Shown: positions 50,094 to 59,639 of the stretch, in pieces
Layout: each line of letters starts with the position of its first letter
Numbering within the stretch: position 1 is the first letter of the stretch
Notes under the pieces: model-generated
Told to the model about the DNA's origin: nothing
Database searches by the model: none
What the model saw: the letters and a program-made list of their open reading frames with translations, nothing else
Position numbers and translations under genes: made by a program
Assembly (NCBI GenBank): GCA_021825585.1
Contig: JAKAGT010000005.1
Span: 31,265 to 95,264 of the forward strand
DNA: 64,000 nt
Source: Bacteroidota bacterium
GTDB lineage: Bacteria > Bacteroidota > Ignavibacteria > Kryptoniales > JAKASW01
Direction: 5' to 3'

Positions 50094-50621
50094 ATGATTT
50101 TTAGAGAAGGCGATGCATCGATCGAGGTGGTGCAGGGAGATATTACCGACTACGATGGTGAAGCCATCGTCAATGCGGCCAACAACCACTTCTGGATGGG
50201 CGGAGGAGTCGCGGGAGCAATTAAGCGCAAAGGAGGTGCTACAATCGAGGAAGAAGCAATGAAAAAGGGGCCAAGGCCGGTTGGTGATGCTGTCATGACT
50301 TCGGGGGGCTCGCTTCATGCCAGGTACGTGATTCATGCCGCCGTAATGGGGCAGGACCTCCAGACTGACTCCGATAAAATACGAAAGGCAACCTCCTCAT
50401 GCCTGATGATCGCCGAGGCGAAGGGAATAGGATCGATTGCATTTCCCGCACTCGGAACTGGCGTTGGCGGTTTCCCTCTGCAAGCGGCAGCGGAGGTAAT
50501 GATGAAGGAAGTCCGTTGTTTCGTACAAAATGCAAGTAGCCTCAGGAGGGTGACATTTGTGCTGTACGATGTCACCGCCTTCAAAATCTTCGCTGTAGAG
50601 CTCGAAAGGATGCAGAAGTGA
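50094..50621 (+). CDS. Macrodomain protein (ADP-ribose/O-acetyl-ADP-ribose hydrolase family)
   Basis: QGDIT, NAAN..GGGVAGAI, VIHAAV, AFPALGTGVGG; SD GGAGG. Confidence 0.93.
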   Translation: MIFREGDASIEVVQGDITDYDGEAIVNAANNHFWMGGGVAGAIKRKGGATIEEEAMKKGPRPVGDAVMTSGGSLHARYVIHAAVMGQDLQTDSDKIRKATSSCLMIAEAKGIGSIAFPALGTGVGGFPLQAAAEVMMKEVRCFVQNASSLRRVTFVLYDVTAFKIFAVELERMQK

Positions 50622-51307
50622 ACCGTTGCACCGATTACATAAGTCATTACAGGCTTGATGCCGAGCATTTCGACTATTTCAGTAACCCCGACCCGACTGA
50701 TTTAGCATACGAAAGGCTTTTCAGAGAGTTTATTGTCGGTCTCGCCGGAAAAAAATCACGCGTCCTCGATATAGGGAGCGGCAGCGGATGGACTTCCATG
50801 ATTCCGCACGAACAGCTCTTCCATGTCGATTTGTCGCTGCGGAATCTCGCTTCCCTCAGATCCGATTCCTCCGCACAGGCGCTGGCGGACGCCAGTTACT
50901 TGCCATTCAAAGACGAGTCGCTCGATCTTGTGATAGCCTCCGAGATTCTTGAGCATCTCAATACACCGGAAACGGCTTCTCGGGAAATCTGGAGAGTCCT
51001 GAAACCCGGAGGGAAAGCTATTGTGTCAACTCCATACAAGGAGAGACTTCGCTACACGCTTTGCATCCACTGCAATCAGGTTACCCCGCTGAACGCTCAC
51101 CTGCATAGCTTCAACAAAGAAATGCTTATGTCGATGTTCCCTTCGGCAAACAGGAGTGTGTATCTCTTCGGAAGTAAAATACTGGCGAATCTGAGAGTGG
51201 CGAGCTTATTCAAAAGGATTCCGCTGCAAATCTGGCGGGCCATCGATTACCCGCTTCTGAAACTGATAGACAAGGCCCAGCACGTCGTCCTGGTTGTAGA
51301 GAAGTGA
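50618..51307 (+). CDS. Class I SAM-dependent methyltransferase with CxxC insert
   Basis: VLDIGSGSG, ADASYLPF, SEILEHL, RVLKPGG; extra CIHC...HLH. Confidence 0.88.
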   Translation: MNRCTDYISHYRLDAEHFDYFSNPDPTDLAYERLFREFIVGLAGKKSRVLDIGSGSGWTSMIPHEQLFHVDLSLRNLASLRSDSSAQALADASYLPFKDESLDLVIASEILEHLNTPETASREIWRVLKPGGKAIVSTPYKERLRYTLCIHCNQVTPLNAHLHSFNKEMLMSMFPSANRSVYLFGSKILANLRVASLFKRIPLQIWRAIDYPLLKLIDKAQHVVLVVEK

Positions 51308-51308
51308 A

Positions 51309-51716
51309 TTATTTCTGGAGCAACTTGAGGTAGAGCTTGGTAAGTTCTTCAAGATCTGCCTTTGCCTTAGGGTAGTAAACGGCCCCATATCTTTCAGCCA
51401 TAGGTCCGAGAGTGCTGTAAGGATCGCCGCTGCAAAATACTGTCGGCGAGGACCTGTTCGGGCCGCTCTTTCTCATCAGCTGCAGGATCGCAATTCCCGG
51501 CAAATGACCCTGGCTCAAATCGTCTTTGAACTCATTATCCAGTATGATCAGATCGTATTCGTTTTCACTTATGAATTTTCTGGTCTCCACGCTGTTAGTG
51601 GTCTCGTCGATCTTCAGCTCCGCTTCGATCATACTCGCGACTTCACCCAGCACCAGCTTCTGCACATTCCGCTGAGAGTCATCGTCGTCTGCAATCAAGA
51701 CGGAATACTTGAGCAT
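51309..51716 (-). CDS. Single-domain response regulator (receiver only)
   Basis: LIADDD, DLIILD (phospho-Asp), FCS, YYPK. Confidence 0.8.
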   Translation of the reverse strand: MLKYSVLIADDDDSQRNVQKLVLGEVASMIEAELKIDETTNSVETRKFISENEYDLIILDNEFKDDLSQGHLPGIAILQLMRKSGPNRSSPTVFCSGDPYSTLGPMAERYGAVYYPKAKADLEELTKLYLKLLQK

Positions 51717-51717
51717 G

Positions 51718-52830
51718 TCACGCCATTACCTGTGAGACGACTCCTCCGGCCACTACATCATCACCCTCGTAGAGAACGACGCTTTGTCCGAGTGTTATTG
51801 CCCTGCGCGGATTTAGAAACTCGACTTCTATTTCGGCGGGGCCGGTTTGTTTTACCAGACATTCTGCTCCAGGATCCTTATATCTGATTTTCGCCTTGAA
51901 GACTCTCCCGTTGGGAAGCTCGGAATACTTTATCAGATTGACGCGTTCGGCCTTAAGAGCTTTGCCGTAGAGGCCCGACTCCACATCGACCTCGATCGTG
52001 TTCCTTTCCGGATCGATGTTTTTCACGTAAAGCGGATCTTTGCTGCTTATTCCCAGACCTCTGCGCTGGCCGATTGTATAGAAAGCGTAACCACGATGCC
52101 TGCCGACTGTTTTGCCATTGTAAATTATCTCACCGCCGTCGATACGCCTGTCCAGTCCGGGTACGGCGTCCCTGAGAAACCTCGTGTAATCGTTGTCTGC
52201 CACGAAACATATCTCGTAACTCTCAGGTTTCTTTGCGCTTGCCAGCCCGCGTTCCATGGCCATCAGGCGAACTTCGGCTTTCGATAGCTGAGACAGCGGG
52301 AAGATCGTCTTGCTTAGACTTTCCTGAGTCAGCCCGTACAAAGCATAGGATTGATCCTTGCCTGAATCCTTACCCCTCGACAGAATGTATCTCTTGAGTC
52401 CATAATCGAATCTGACTCCCGCGTAGTGGCCGGTGCAGATGGCCGCTGCTCCGAGACTCTCCGCCTTCTCCAGCAGGTATTCCCATTTAATTTTTCTGTT
52501 ACAGACAACGCACGGATTTGGAGTACGGCCTGCGAGATATTCCCCCACGAACTCGTCTATAACTTCATGCTTGAAGCGCTCACTGAAATCAAAAACATAA
52601 TGAGGAAACTTCTGCCTGTCGGCTACGCTTCTTGCCATATTGATTCCGTCGATCGAACAGCAGCTTGAATCTCTGTTGTCGTTTCCGCCGATGTCTTCGT
52701 AATCGTACGTCTTAATTGTCACGCCGATTACATCATATCCCATTTCCTTCATCAGGACAGCCGCGAGCGATGAATCGACACCGCCGCTCATGGCTACGAC
52801 TATCCTGGGTTTACCGACGCTCGTTGACAT
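51718..52830 (-). CDS. mnmA: tRNA 2-thiouridylase
   Basis: AMSGGVDS, TPNPCVVCN, TGHY, KDQSY, ESYEICF, TIGQRRGLG. Confidence 0.97.
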   Translation of the reverse strand: MSTSVGKPRIVVAMSGGVDSSLAAVLMKEMGYDVIGVTIKTYDYEDIGGNDNRDSSCCSIDGINMARSVADRQKFPHYVFDFSERFKHEVIDEFVGEYLAGRTPNPCVVCNRKIKWEYLLEKAESLGAAAICTGHYAGVRFDYGLKRYILSRGKDSGKDQSYALYGLTQESLSKTIFPLSQLSKAEVRLMAMERGLASAKKPESYEICFVADNDYTRFLRDAVPGLDRRIDGGEIIYNGKTVGRHRGYAFYTIGQRRGLGISSKDPLYVKNIDPERNTIEVDVESGLYGKALKAERVNLIKYSELPNGRVFKAKIRYKDPGAECLVKQTGPAEIEVEFLNPRRAITLGQSVVLYEGDDVVAGGVVSQVMA

Positions 52831-52893
52831 TGCCTTAATAATTTACTGAAAAGGGGTGGAGTATGAAAGGTCTTCGCATTCCGAGGGAGGAGC

Positions 52894-53676
52894 CTATCTG
52901 CCCTTCCATATCGGTTTTCGCTTTCCAAGGAACGCCGATGTTCCCTCCTTCTTGTCTTCGGTGCCGCACGACAGTGCAAACAGTTGTGCCTCGATCTTCA
53001 TTCCCTCACTTTGGCCGGTTTGGACAGCGGCCTCGATGGCCTGTAAAGCGAGGTTCACGGCTGCCGGCGCCCGTGTCGCAATGGTATCGACCATCTTCAT
53101 TGCCGTCGGAAGGAGTTGGGCTTGGTCCACTACGGCATTGACCAGCCGCAGTCGAAGGGCAGTCTCCGCATCGATCTGGTTTCCAGTCACGATCAATTCC
53201 GTCGCTATGCCTCTGCCGGCGAGCCTTACAAGCCTCTGCGATCCTCCATAACCGGGGATTATTCCGAGGCTGACTTCAGGCTGGCCAAATTTCGCGTTCG
53301 TTGATGCGATTCGGATATGGCACGCCCATGCAAGTTCGCTTCCTCCGCCGAGTGCGTATCCATTTATTGCCGCTATGATAGGTTTCCCGAACCGTTCGAT
53401 CCGGCCGAACAAAGCTTGCCCTTTCTCAGCAAACTCTTTGCCTGTGGTGACGCTCAGTTTGTCCAGCTCTGAAATGTCCGCACCTGCCACAAATGATTTT
53501 TCTCCTGATCCTGTTATTATGACCGCGGCAACTTCCGGATCGGACTCGGCAAGGGTAATGGCGCCGTCCATTTCTGCAAGGACGGTGCTGTTCAATGCAT
53601 TCAGCTTGTCGGGACGGTTTATTGATATGATTCCTGCATGCCCCGACTTCTGGTATGAGATGGTTTGAAAGTCCAT
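52894..53676 (-). CDS. Enoyl-CoA hydratase (crotonase)
   Basis: NRPDKLNAL, FVAGADI, GYALGGGSEL, FGQPEV, PGYGGSQRL. Confidence 0.93.
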   Translation of the reverse strand: MDFQTISYQKSGHAGIISINRPDKLNALNSTVLAEMDGAITLAESDPEVAAVIITGSGEKSFVAGADISELDKLSVTTGKEFAEKGQALFGRIERFGKPIIAAINGYALGGGSELAWACHIRIASTNAKFGQPEVSLGIIPGYGGSQRLVRLAGRGIATELIVTGNQIDAETALRLRLVNAVVDQAQLLPTAMKMVDTIATRAPAAVNLALQAIEAAVQTGQSEGMKIEAQLFALSCGTEDKKEGTSAFLGKRKPIWKGR

Positions 53677-53694
53677 TGTTTTTAACTCCTTGTT

Positions 53695-54771
53695 TTATGC
53701 AACCTCGACCCGGCTCTGATCACCGATCATAAAGCGCTGAACTCTGGGTTTGCCGTCTGCCCTCACTATTTCCACGTCGTTCCCGAGCAGACTTCCCTCG
53801 ATTCGAATCCCCGCGTCTAAAATCCGGCATCCCTTCAGTATGATGCTGTATTCCACTTCGCTGTTTGTTAAGTGAGTCTCAGATCCGATCGAAGAAAAAG
53901 GGCCCACATAGCTGTTCTCTATCACGGCATTTTCACCAATGATTGCGGGGCCTCTGACTTTGCTGTTTATAATCTTGCATCCTTTTTGCAGAATGACCCT
54001 GCCCGCGACGTCGCTGCGGGAATCGACTTCCACCCCCCCGTCAATAAAAGGATCGATGTTCTCGAGGATGAGGCGGTTGGCTTCCAACAAATCGGTCGGC
54101 TTGCCTGTATCCTTCCACCATCCTGTAATTTCGGAGAACCCGACCTTGTAGCCGTGGTCAATCAGGTACTGGTGGGCATCGGATATCTCCAGTTCCCCTC
54201 GCGCACTCGGACTAATGTTGTTTACCGCCTCAAATATGTGTCTGTCGTAGATATAAATGCCCGCGACAGCGTAATTGCTCTTCGGATGTTCAGGCTTTTC
54301 CTCGACTTTCACTATCATTCCATCCCTGATCTCCGGCACACCGAATCTTTCCGGGTCCCTAACCTTTGCCAGAGTCAAAAAGCAATTTGCACCGCTTGCA
54401 GAAAAAGCATCCACGTATCGCTTCACCCCTCCCACAACCATGTTGTCGCCGAGGTAGAAGATGAAACTGTCATTTCCGATGAACTGCTCGGCGATCTTCA
54501 CTACGTGGGCGAGACCAAGGGGGGCTTCCTGTGGAATGTACGTTATTCTGATCCCCCACTTTTCCCCATTGCCTATTGCACTCGTGACTTCATCATTGCC
54601 GGCATTAGTGACGATTCCAACTTCGGTGATTCCAGCCGCAGCTGCCGCCTCTATAGCGTAGTGCAAGATGGGCTTGTTCGCAATCGGTATTAGGTGCTTG
54701 TTCTGTGTATGAGTGATCGGTCTGAGTCTGGTTCCCCTTCCTCCGCTTGCGATCAGGGCCTTCAATTTCAT
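53695..54771 (-). CDS. rmlA: Glucose-1-phosphate thymidylyltransferase, long form
   Basis: GGRGTRLRPIT..NKHLIPIANKP, PLGLAH, YLGDN, EKP, RGELEI, WWKDTG; C-terminal beta-helix. Confidence 0.9.
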   Translation of the reverse strand: MKLKALIASGGRGTRLRPITHTQNKHLIPIANKPILHYAIEAAAAAGITEVGIVTNAGNDEVTSAIGNGEKWGIRITYIPQEAPLGLAHVVKIAEQFIGNDSFIFYLGDNMVVGGVKRYVDAFSASGANCFLTLAKVRDPERFGVPEIRDGMIVKVEEKPEHPKSNYAVAGIYIYDRHIFEAVNNISPSARGELEISDAHQYLIDHGYKVGFSEITGWWKDTGKPTDLLEANRLILENIDPFIDGGVEVDSRSDVAGRVILQKGCKIINSKVRGPAIIGENAVIENSYVGPFSSIGSETHLTNSEVEYSIILKGCRILDAGIRIEGSLLGNDVEIVRADGKPRVQRFMIGDQSRVEVA

Positions 54772-55661
54772 TCTACCTCCAGTAGTTTCTTGATTCTGTT
54801 CAGAGCCGTTCTGCGCGGTCCGCGGGATTCATGCTTGAGCAACTCCTCGATACCAAGCAGCGAAGCCGATTTGTAATAATCTAATATACGGTTCTTGCCA
54901 CGGAGAACTCTCATGTGAGATTCAATTATGTTGAAATCTCCGCGAACCAGTGGACCCGTCAATGCACTCATGCCATTCTTAGTGGAAATGTTTTCCGCTG
55001 TCGATGTCAATAGATTAGACAGAAGAGACTTGGCGTCGCCTCGTTCAATAAAATTCGATATCATTTCTTCGGCACTTTTTACGGCTATGACGACGGTATT
55101 TGAAGCTATGACGCTCGCCACGTGCAACATGGCTCTCTCCTTCTCGGAATGAAGCACAAGCAGCTTGGAGCGGAGCCCCTTCACAATCTCACGCGCACAG
55201 CGAAGCGCTTTCGGTGTTCCTAGAAAATCGTAATATATCGATCGTGAGAAGTCAGGAGAATATTTCTGTGCGAATGGAGAAATCGGATGAAGTGCGCCGA
55301 CCGAAGCTCCCAATTCGTGTAGCGCGGTTAGAGCATCCAAAGGGACTATGCCACTGAAGTGGAACACCGTCTTCCCTTTCCAATTCACCTGGACTGCTTC
55401 AGACAACTGCGAAATAGCGCAAGGCACTTCATCATCTCTTACGGCAACAAAAAGGACATCAAAATCAGGGAGGAGATCGACAGGTGATGTAAGAATTTTG
55501 GTGCCGGGAAATTTCCTATTCAAGAGCTGCTGCTCCCGGCGTGATGAGGGTTTCGAGACAATGGAGCGGCAAACCCAACCCTGGCGCGCTAGCGCAAGCG
55601 CGACGCTCGTGCCGACCCTGCCTGGACCAACGAGGGAGAACTTAGTGGCATTTCGCGTCAT
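54768..55661 (-). CDS. Rossmann-like plus DUF2520 protein (PanG-like ketopantoate reductase candidate)
   Basis: GPGRVG, VAVRDD, FHFSG, LHP, LHVASVIASN, LTGPLVRGD. Confidence 0.82.
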   Translation of the reverse strand: MTRNATKFSLVGPGRVGTSVALALARQGWVCRSIVSKPSSRREQQLLNRKFPGTKILTSPVDLLPDFDVLFVAVRDDEVPCAISQLSEAVQVNWKGKTVFHFSGIVPLDALTALHELGASVGALHPISPFAQKYSPDFSRSIYYDFLGTPKALRCAREIVKGLRSKLLVLHSEKERAMLHVASVIASNTVVIAVKSAEEMISNFIERGDAKSLLSNLLTSTAENISTKNGMSALTGPLVRGDFNIIESHMRVLRGKNRILDYYKSASLLGIEELLKHESRGPRRTALNRIKKLLEVE

Positions 55662-56497
55662 GAAATCACAGCTGATAAGTAGCCGACAACACCGGACTTA
55701 TCGCCAGTAGTATCGCCAGAATTACAGTGATAGAGCACCGTTGCTTCCTTTGCGCCCACCTTGTTGGCTGCGTACAGACACGAAGCTATCGGACCGCCAC
55801 CACAGGCTTCACAATTTCTGTTTTCGATGTCCCGTAACAGCCCATCTGGATCTGATCTTTCGATATCGTCTGAACAGACCTGGTCCATTTTATTTGCCGT
55901 ATCGTAGTCGTGATAGTGGGACAAATCGGAACTCGCAACGACAAGGATGCGCTTTCTCTTCGCGAGATCACCGATGACATTGCCCAGAGTCCTGCAGTAA
56001 TCTGCCCTCTGATCTCCCATGACGATAGGCAGAAGCTTGAAATGCCCGGCCGTGAGTTGAAGGAAAGGAAGTTGGACTTCCAGGGCATGTTCTGTTTTGT
56101 GCCCTGCCCTTGACTCGATGACAACGTCCCCGCCAAACTCAAGGAACAAATTCCGCGAGTCACTGTCAACTTCTATTTCACCAAGTGGCGATGAATAGGC
56201 CTTGCCGGAAAACACGGATATCCCTTCAAAGTACTCACGATGACTCGGGGACACTACAATCACCGTGTCGTAGTCCTCCCTATTGAGAAGTGCATATCCG
56301 CAGGCGGCAGTATATCCGCTGTATTGGTAACCCGCATGGGGCGATATTATCCCGAACACTTTTCCAACAGGCGGCGCTTTTATGTGCTCCCTCGCCTTGT
56401 CGATTAGAGTACGGCATGTCTTTTCAAGTTCCGTCTTGTCTTCCGGATAGAAGAACCCGGCTACGCTCGGCGGACGGACGAAGTCACTTTCTTTCAA
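55658..56497 (-). CDS. amrB: AmmeMemoRadiSam system protein B (MEMO1 family)
   Basis: RPPSVAGFFYP, PHAGYQYSG, PSH, EHALEVQLPF, SSDLSHY, EACG, SGD, VGY. TTG 56497 has SD AGGAG. Confidence 0.95.
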   Translation of the reverse strand: MKESDFVRPPSVAGFFYPEDKTELEKTCRTLIDKAREHIKAPPVGKVFGIISPHAGYQYSGYTAACGYALLNREDYDTVIVVSPSHREYFEGISVFSGKAYSSPLGEIEVDSDSRNLFLEFGGDVVIESRAGHKTEHALEVQLPFLQLTAGHFKLLPIVMGDQRADYCRTLGNVIGDLAKRKRILVVASSDLSHYHDYDTANKMDQVCSDDIERSDPDGLLRDIENRNCEACGGGPIASCLYAANKVGAKEATVLYHCNSGDTTGDKSGVVGYLSAVIS

Positions 56498-57083
56498 TTG
56501 TGCTCTCCTCTCTGGCCGCGCCCAATTCTTCTTCACTGAACACTTCTGCAGTGAAAACAAATATCTTTACTCCCGGATTCTTATAACATTCCTGATCCAG
56601 GCCTGCCTTTGTGCAGGTATATCTCAAGAACTGCTCCCTGTTCCAGTTGTTTTCCGTTGCAACCTGGGGAAGGAGCAAACCCCTGTAGAATCCTTTCTCG
56701 ATAAGAACGCCATGCTTGCCGACGATGATTTCGTCGACGCTCTTGGTCTCGTGTAACGGTGAAAGTACGGATATTTCCACATCGATATTCTTCAGCTCAT
56801 TGTCCGAAAGCGGTTCGAATCTGGGATCACCGACAGCCGCCTTTGCTGCCGTCTCGGCGACTGTCTTGTAGAGCGGGAGCCGGGCCTCCACATAGCCGAT
56901 GCACCCTCGCAGCTCACCGCTTTCACGCAACGTCACAAATCCGCCGGCGTCCCTTCTTAACTCTTCGTTATCCGGCTCAGGTGGTATGTACGCTTGCCTG
57001 GAAACAGCATGTGCGACGGCCTCCCGGGCAATCGACAGGAGTTCCCTTTTCCCATTCTCAGAAATGAGGAAGGTTACTTCCAT
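56484..57083 (-). CDS. amrA: AmmeMemoRadiSam system protein A (AMMECR1 family)
   Basis: GFVTL..LRGCIG, DPRF, EISVLSP, GKHG, LLLPQV, KAGL, FTAEVF. Start trimmed to ATG 57083. Confidence 0.95.
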   Translation of the reverse strand: MEVTFLISENGKRELLSIAREAVAHAVSRQAYIPPEPDNEELRRDAGGFVTLRESGELRGCIGYVEARLPLYKTVAETAAKAAVGDPRFEPLSDNELKNIDVEISVLSPLHETKSVDEIIVGKHGVLIEKGFYRGLLLPQVATENNWNREQFLRYTCTKAGLDQECYKNPGVKIFVFTAEVFSEEELGAAREESTIERK

Positions 57084-58129
57084 ACGCCGGGGATCTTTCT
57101 GTTGCAATCGGGACACATCCCGTCCACGATTCGGTTTTTCAAAACTCTGAAACCTTCCCGCTCTATCAAAGCGGTATTACAAGACGGGCAGTAAGTGTTC
57201 TCGAGATTGACCACCATCCCTGGCAGATTGCCTGCATAAACAAAGGAAAGACCGGCCCGTCTCCCTATTGCTGCAGCTTTCATCAGAGATTTAGCACCTG
57301 TATTTTCCTTGTCCAGCATCCGGTAATCCTGATGGAATGCGGTCACGTGCCATGGAATTTCGGGAGAGACAGACGCAATGAATTCGGCAATGTTCGTTAT
57401 TTCCGTATCGCTGTCGTTGAATCCCGGAACGAGGAGAGTAACTACCTCGACCCAGAAGTCTTTCTGTTTAAGAAGGCGAATTGCGTCCAGAACTACCCCG
57501 AGTCTGCCGCCAAGTTGCCGATATTTCTTTTCGTCGAAACCTTTCAGGTCCACCTTATACAAATCGACATACGGCCTGATATACTCGATGACTTCCGGAG
57601 TGGCGTTGCCGTTTGACACATAGGCGCCGCGGATTCCGTATGGTCTTGCGAGTTTAAGTATCTCGACCGCCCATTCGCTTGTGATGAGGGGCTCGTTGTA
57701 CGTCGAAACCAGGACGGGAGATTTGTACACCATTGCCATCTCGACTATTTTCTCCGGTCCCATAAATTCTGGTTGGGACGTCGCTGAAGGATCCCGCAGT
57801 GTCTGACTCGTCAGCCAGTTCTGGCAATATGCACAATGATAGTCGCAGCCGAGCATTCCGAAGCTCAGGGCGCTCGAGCCTGGAAAGGCGTGAAAGAAGG
57901 GCTTCTTCTCGATCGGATCGAGCTGGATTCCTGCCGCATAACCGTTCGGAACCATCAGTATACCATCCCGGTTGAATCTTACGTGACAGATTCCGTCGCG
58001 ACCCGGCTTGATCTTGCATCTATGGCCGCAAGCATAGCAGAGCACCCAGTCGTTCTCCAGACTCTTACACAATTCGCCCTCGATTGTGTGTTCCTGGAGT
58101 ATGCTTTTGAGCGTTAGCGTTTCAGCCAT
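57074..58129 (-). CDS. amrS: AmmeMemoRadiSam system radical SAM enzyme
   Basis: CYACGHRC, DPIEKKPFFH, CDYHCAYCQNW (CxxxCxxC), TYNEP, SNG, DLKGF, WHVTAFH, YAGN, C-terminal CPSC..CPDC. Confidence 0.96.
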   Translation of the reverse strand: MAETLTLKSILQEHTIEGELCKSLENDWVLCYACGHRCKIKPGRDGICHVRFNRDGILMVPNGYAAGIQLDPIEKKPFFHAFPGSSALSFGMLGCDYHCAYCQNWLTSQTLRDPSATSQPEFMGPEKIVEMAMVYKSPVLVSTYNEPLITSEWAVEILKLARPYGIRGAYVSNGNATPEVIEYIRPYVDLYKVDLKGFDEKKYRQLGGRLGVVLDAIRLLKQKDFWVEVVTLLVPGFNDSDTEITNIAEFIASVSPEIPWHVTAFHQDYRMLDKENTGAKSLMKAAAIGRRAGLSFVYAGNLPGMVVNLENTYCPSCNTALIEREGFRVLKNRIVDGMCPDCNRKIPGVWK

Positions 58130-58149
58130 GACCTCCTCCGACTGATAGA

Positions 58150-58178
58150 ATTTTACTCCTTAGTGCGGACAAAGTCAA
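58150..58178 (-). promoter_or_regulatory. Sigma70 promoter for the amrS-amrA-amrB operon
   Basis: TTGACT-N17-TAAAAT, then SD GGAGGAGG and ATG 58129. Confidence 0.7.
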
Positions 58179-58185
58179 CCTCTGC

Positions 58186-58767
58186 TTACTTCTTAATCCA
58201 CTCTGCGAGGAGACGCTCGAGTTCTTCCCCGCTAATTCTTGTCTTTGAGTTCTCCCCCGCCTTCATCCTTTGTCGCAGCGCTTCGTAGAGCGTTATCGCG
58301 GACGCAACGGAGACGTTGAGGCTCTGGATCATCCCGTGCATCGGTATCTCAAAACAGACGTCCGCAGCTAAGGTTGCCTGTTCGGAAACGCCTCTGTGCT
58401 CGTTGCCGAAAACGAGGGCGACCTTTTGATTCAAATCGAGGTCGAAAAGGGATACGGCTCCTTCGTTTAGTACGCTCGCGGCGATTGTGAAGCCCGCTGT
58501 CCTCAACGAATCATAACATGTTTCGACGGACGTGAATTTGTCTCTCTCCACCCATTTGTACGCGCTGGCGGAGCTTTTCTTCCCAATCTTCGGGAATTTC
58601 TCGGTTGTATACAGAAGGTTCACCCTTCTGACGCCGACTGCATCGCAAGTTCTCAAAATTGCGCTGACGTTGTGGGGATCATGGATATTTTCGAGCACTA
58701 CGGTAAGATCGGGCTGCGTGGCTTTCAAAGCCCGGGAGAGTTTCTCGATCCTTCTGTCCGTTCTCAT
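58186..58767 (-). CDS. trmH: tRNA (Gm18) 2'-O-methyltransferase, SpoU family
   Basis: LENIHDPHNVSAILRTCDAVG, VFGNEHRG, IPMHGMIQSLNVSVA. Confidence 0.9.
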   Translation of the reverse strand: MRTDRRIEKLSRALKATQPDLTVVLENIHDPHNVSAILRTCDAVGVRRVNLLYTTEKFPKIGKKSSASAYKWVERDKFTSVETCYDSLRTAGFTIAASVLNEGAVSLFDLDLNQKVALVFGNEHRGVSEQATLAADVCFEIPMHGMIQSLNVSVASAITLYEALRQRMKAGENSKTRISGEELERLLAEWIKK

Positions 58768-59639
58768 TCCCTGCGAGCCTCCAGGAGTATGACTGCGAAA
58801 ATTATCAACACTCCCCCGGCTATTTGTTCCGGGTAGAGGGTCTCTCCTAAAATAATGAATGCGCTGAAAATCGCCACCACAGGCTCGATGGTGGATACTA
58901 TGATGGCTGTTGACGGAGCTAGATATTTCAGACCGGTGAAATAGAAGAAGTAAGGAATCAGGGCGGATGACAGGGAAAACAAGACGAGAGCGCCCATCTC
59001 CATGGGACTGCTGGCAGAGATTTCAATATGCAGGATTGCATCGAGCGCAATCCAGAAGACGCTGCCGGTAATGAATGTGTACGATAGGGATGTCCATATG
59101 GAGTAATGTTTGCTCGCAACCTTCGTATAGATATTGAAGAAGGCGAAGCAAAAGGCAGACAGAACTCCAAGCGCAATACCTGGTGCCGTCAGATGAATAG
59201 CCGGGTCGAACGCCCCCACCATAATCATGCATCCGGCCAACGACGACAGCAAAGCCAGAACTTTAGTGCGGCTGATACTCTCCCGCCGCGATAGTACCAT
59301 GTACACCGCTACGACGGCAGGAGCTGTGTACTGCATGAGGATTGCAAATCCCACGGTGGTCTTCTGGATTGCCATGTAATACGTGTAATTGGACCCTGCG
59401 ACTCCGATAATGCCCAGAAGAGCGAAATCCCCTATATCTGCGATTTTGATCTTCAGCAGTGAAGGTCTCGAAATCAAGAAGAGGCCGACGAGGAAGATCG
59501 CTGCAAGGACCACGCGCGATTCGACGAGGAGCAAAGGCGAGACGCTGCGTTCGAAAAGGGACTTCGCTGCCGTCGCGGAGGTCCCCCAGAAGAAAGCCGC
59601 AGTGATAATGCTTAAATAGCCTCTCAGCTTTTTGTTCAA
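58764..59639 (-). CDS. EamA/DMT-family transporter
   Basis: About 10 TM in two repeats; FFWGTS, LMQYTAP, STIEPVVA, ILGE. Confidence 0.9.
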   Translation of the reverse strand: MNKKLRGYLSIITAAFFWGTSATAAKSLFERSVSPLLLVESRVVLAAIFLVGLFLISRPSLLKIKIADIGDFALLGIIGVAGSNYTYYMAIQKTTVGFAILMQYTAPAVVAVYMVLSRRESISRTKVLALLSSLAGCMIMVGAFDPAIHLTAPGIALGVLSAFCFAFFNIYTKVASKHYSIWTSLSYTFITGSVFWIALDAILHIEISASSPMEMGALVLFSLSSALIPYFFYFTGLKYLAPSTAIIVSTIEPVVAIFSAFIILGETLYPEQIAGGVLIIFAVILLEARRE

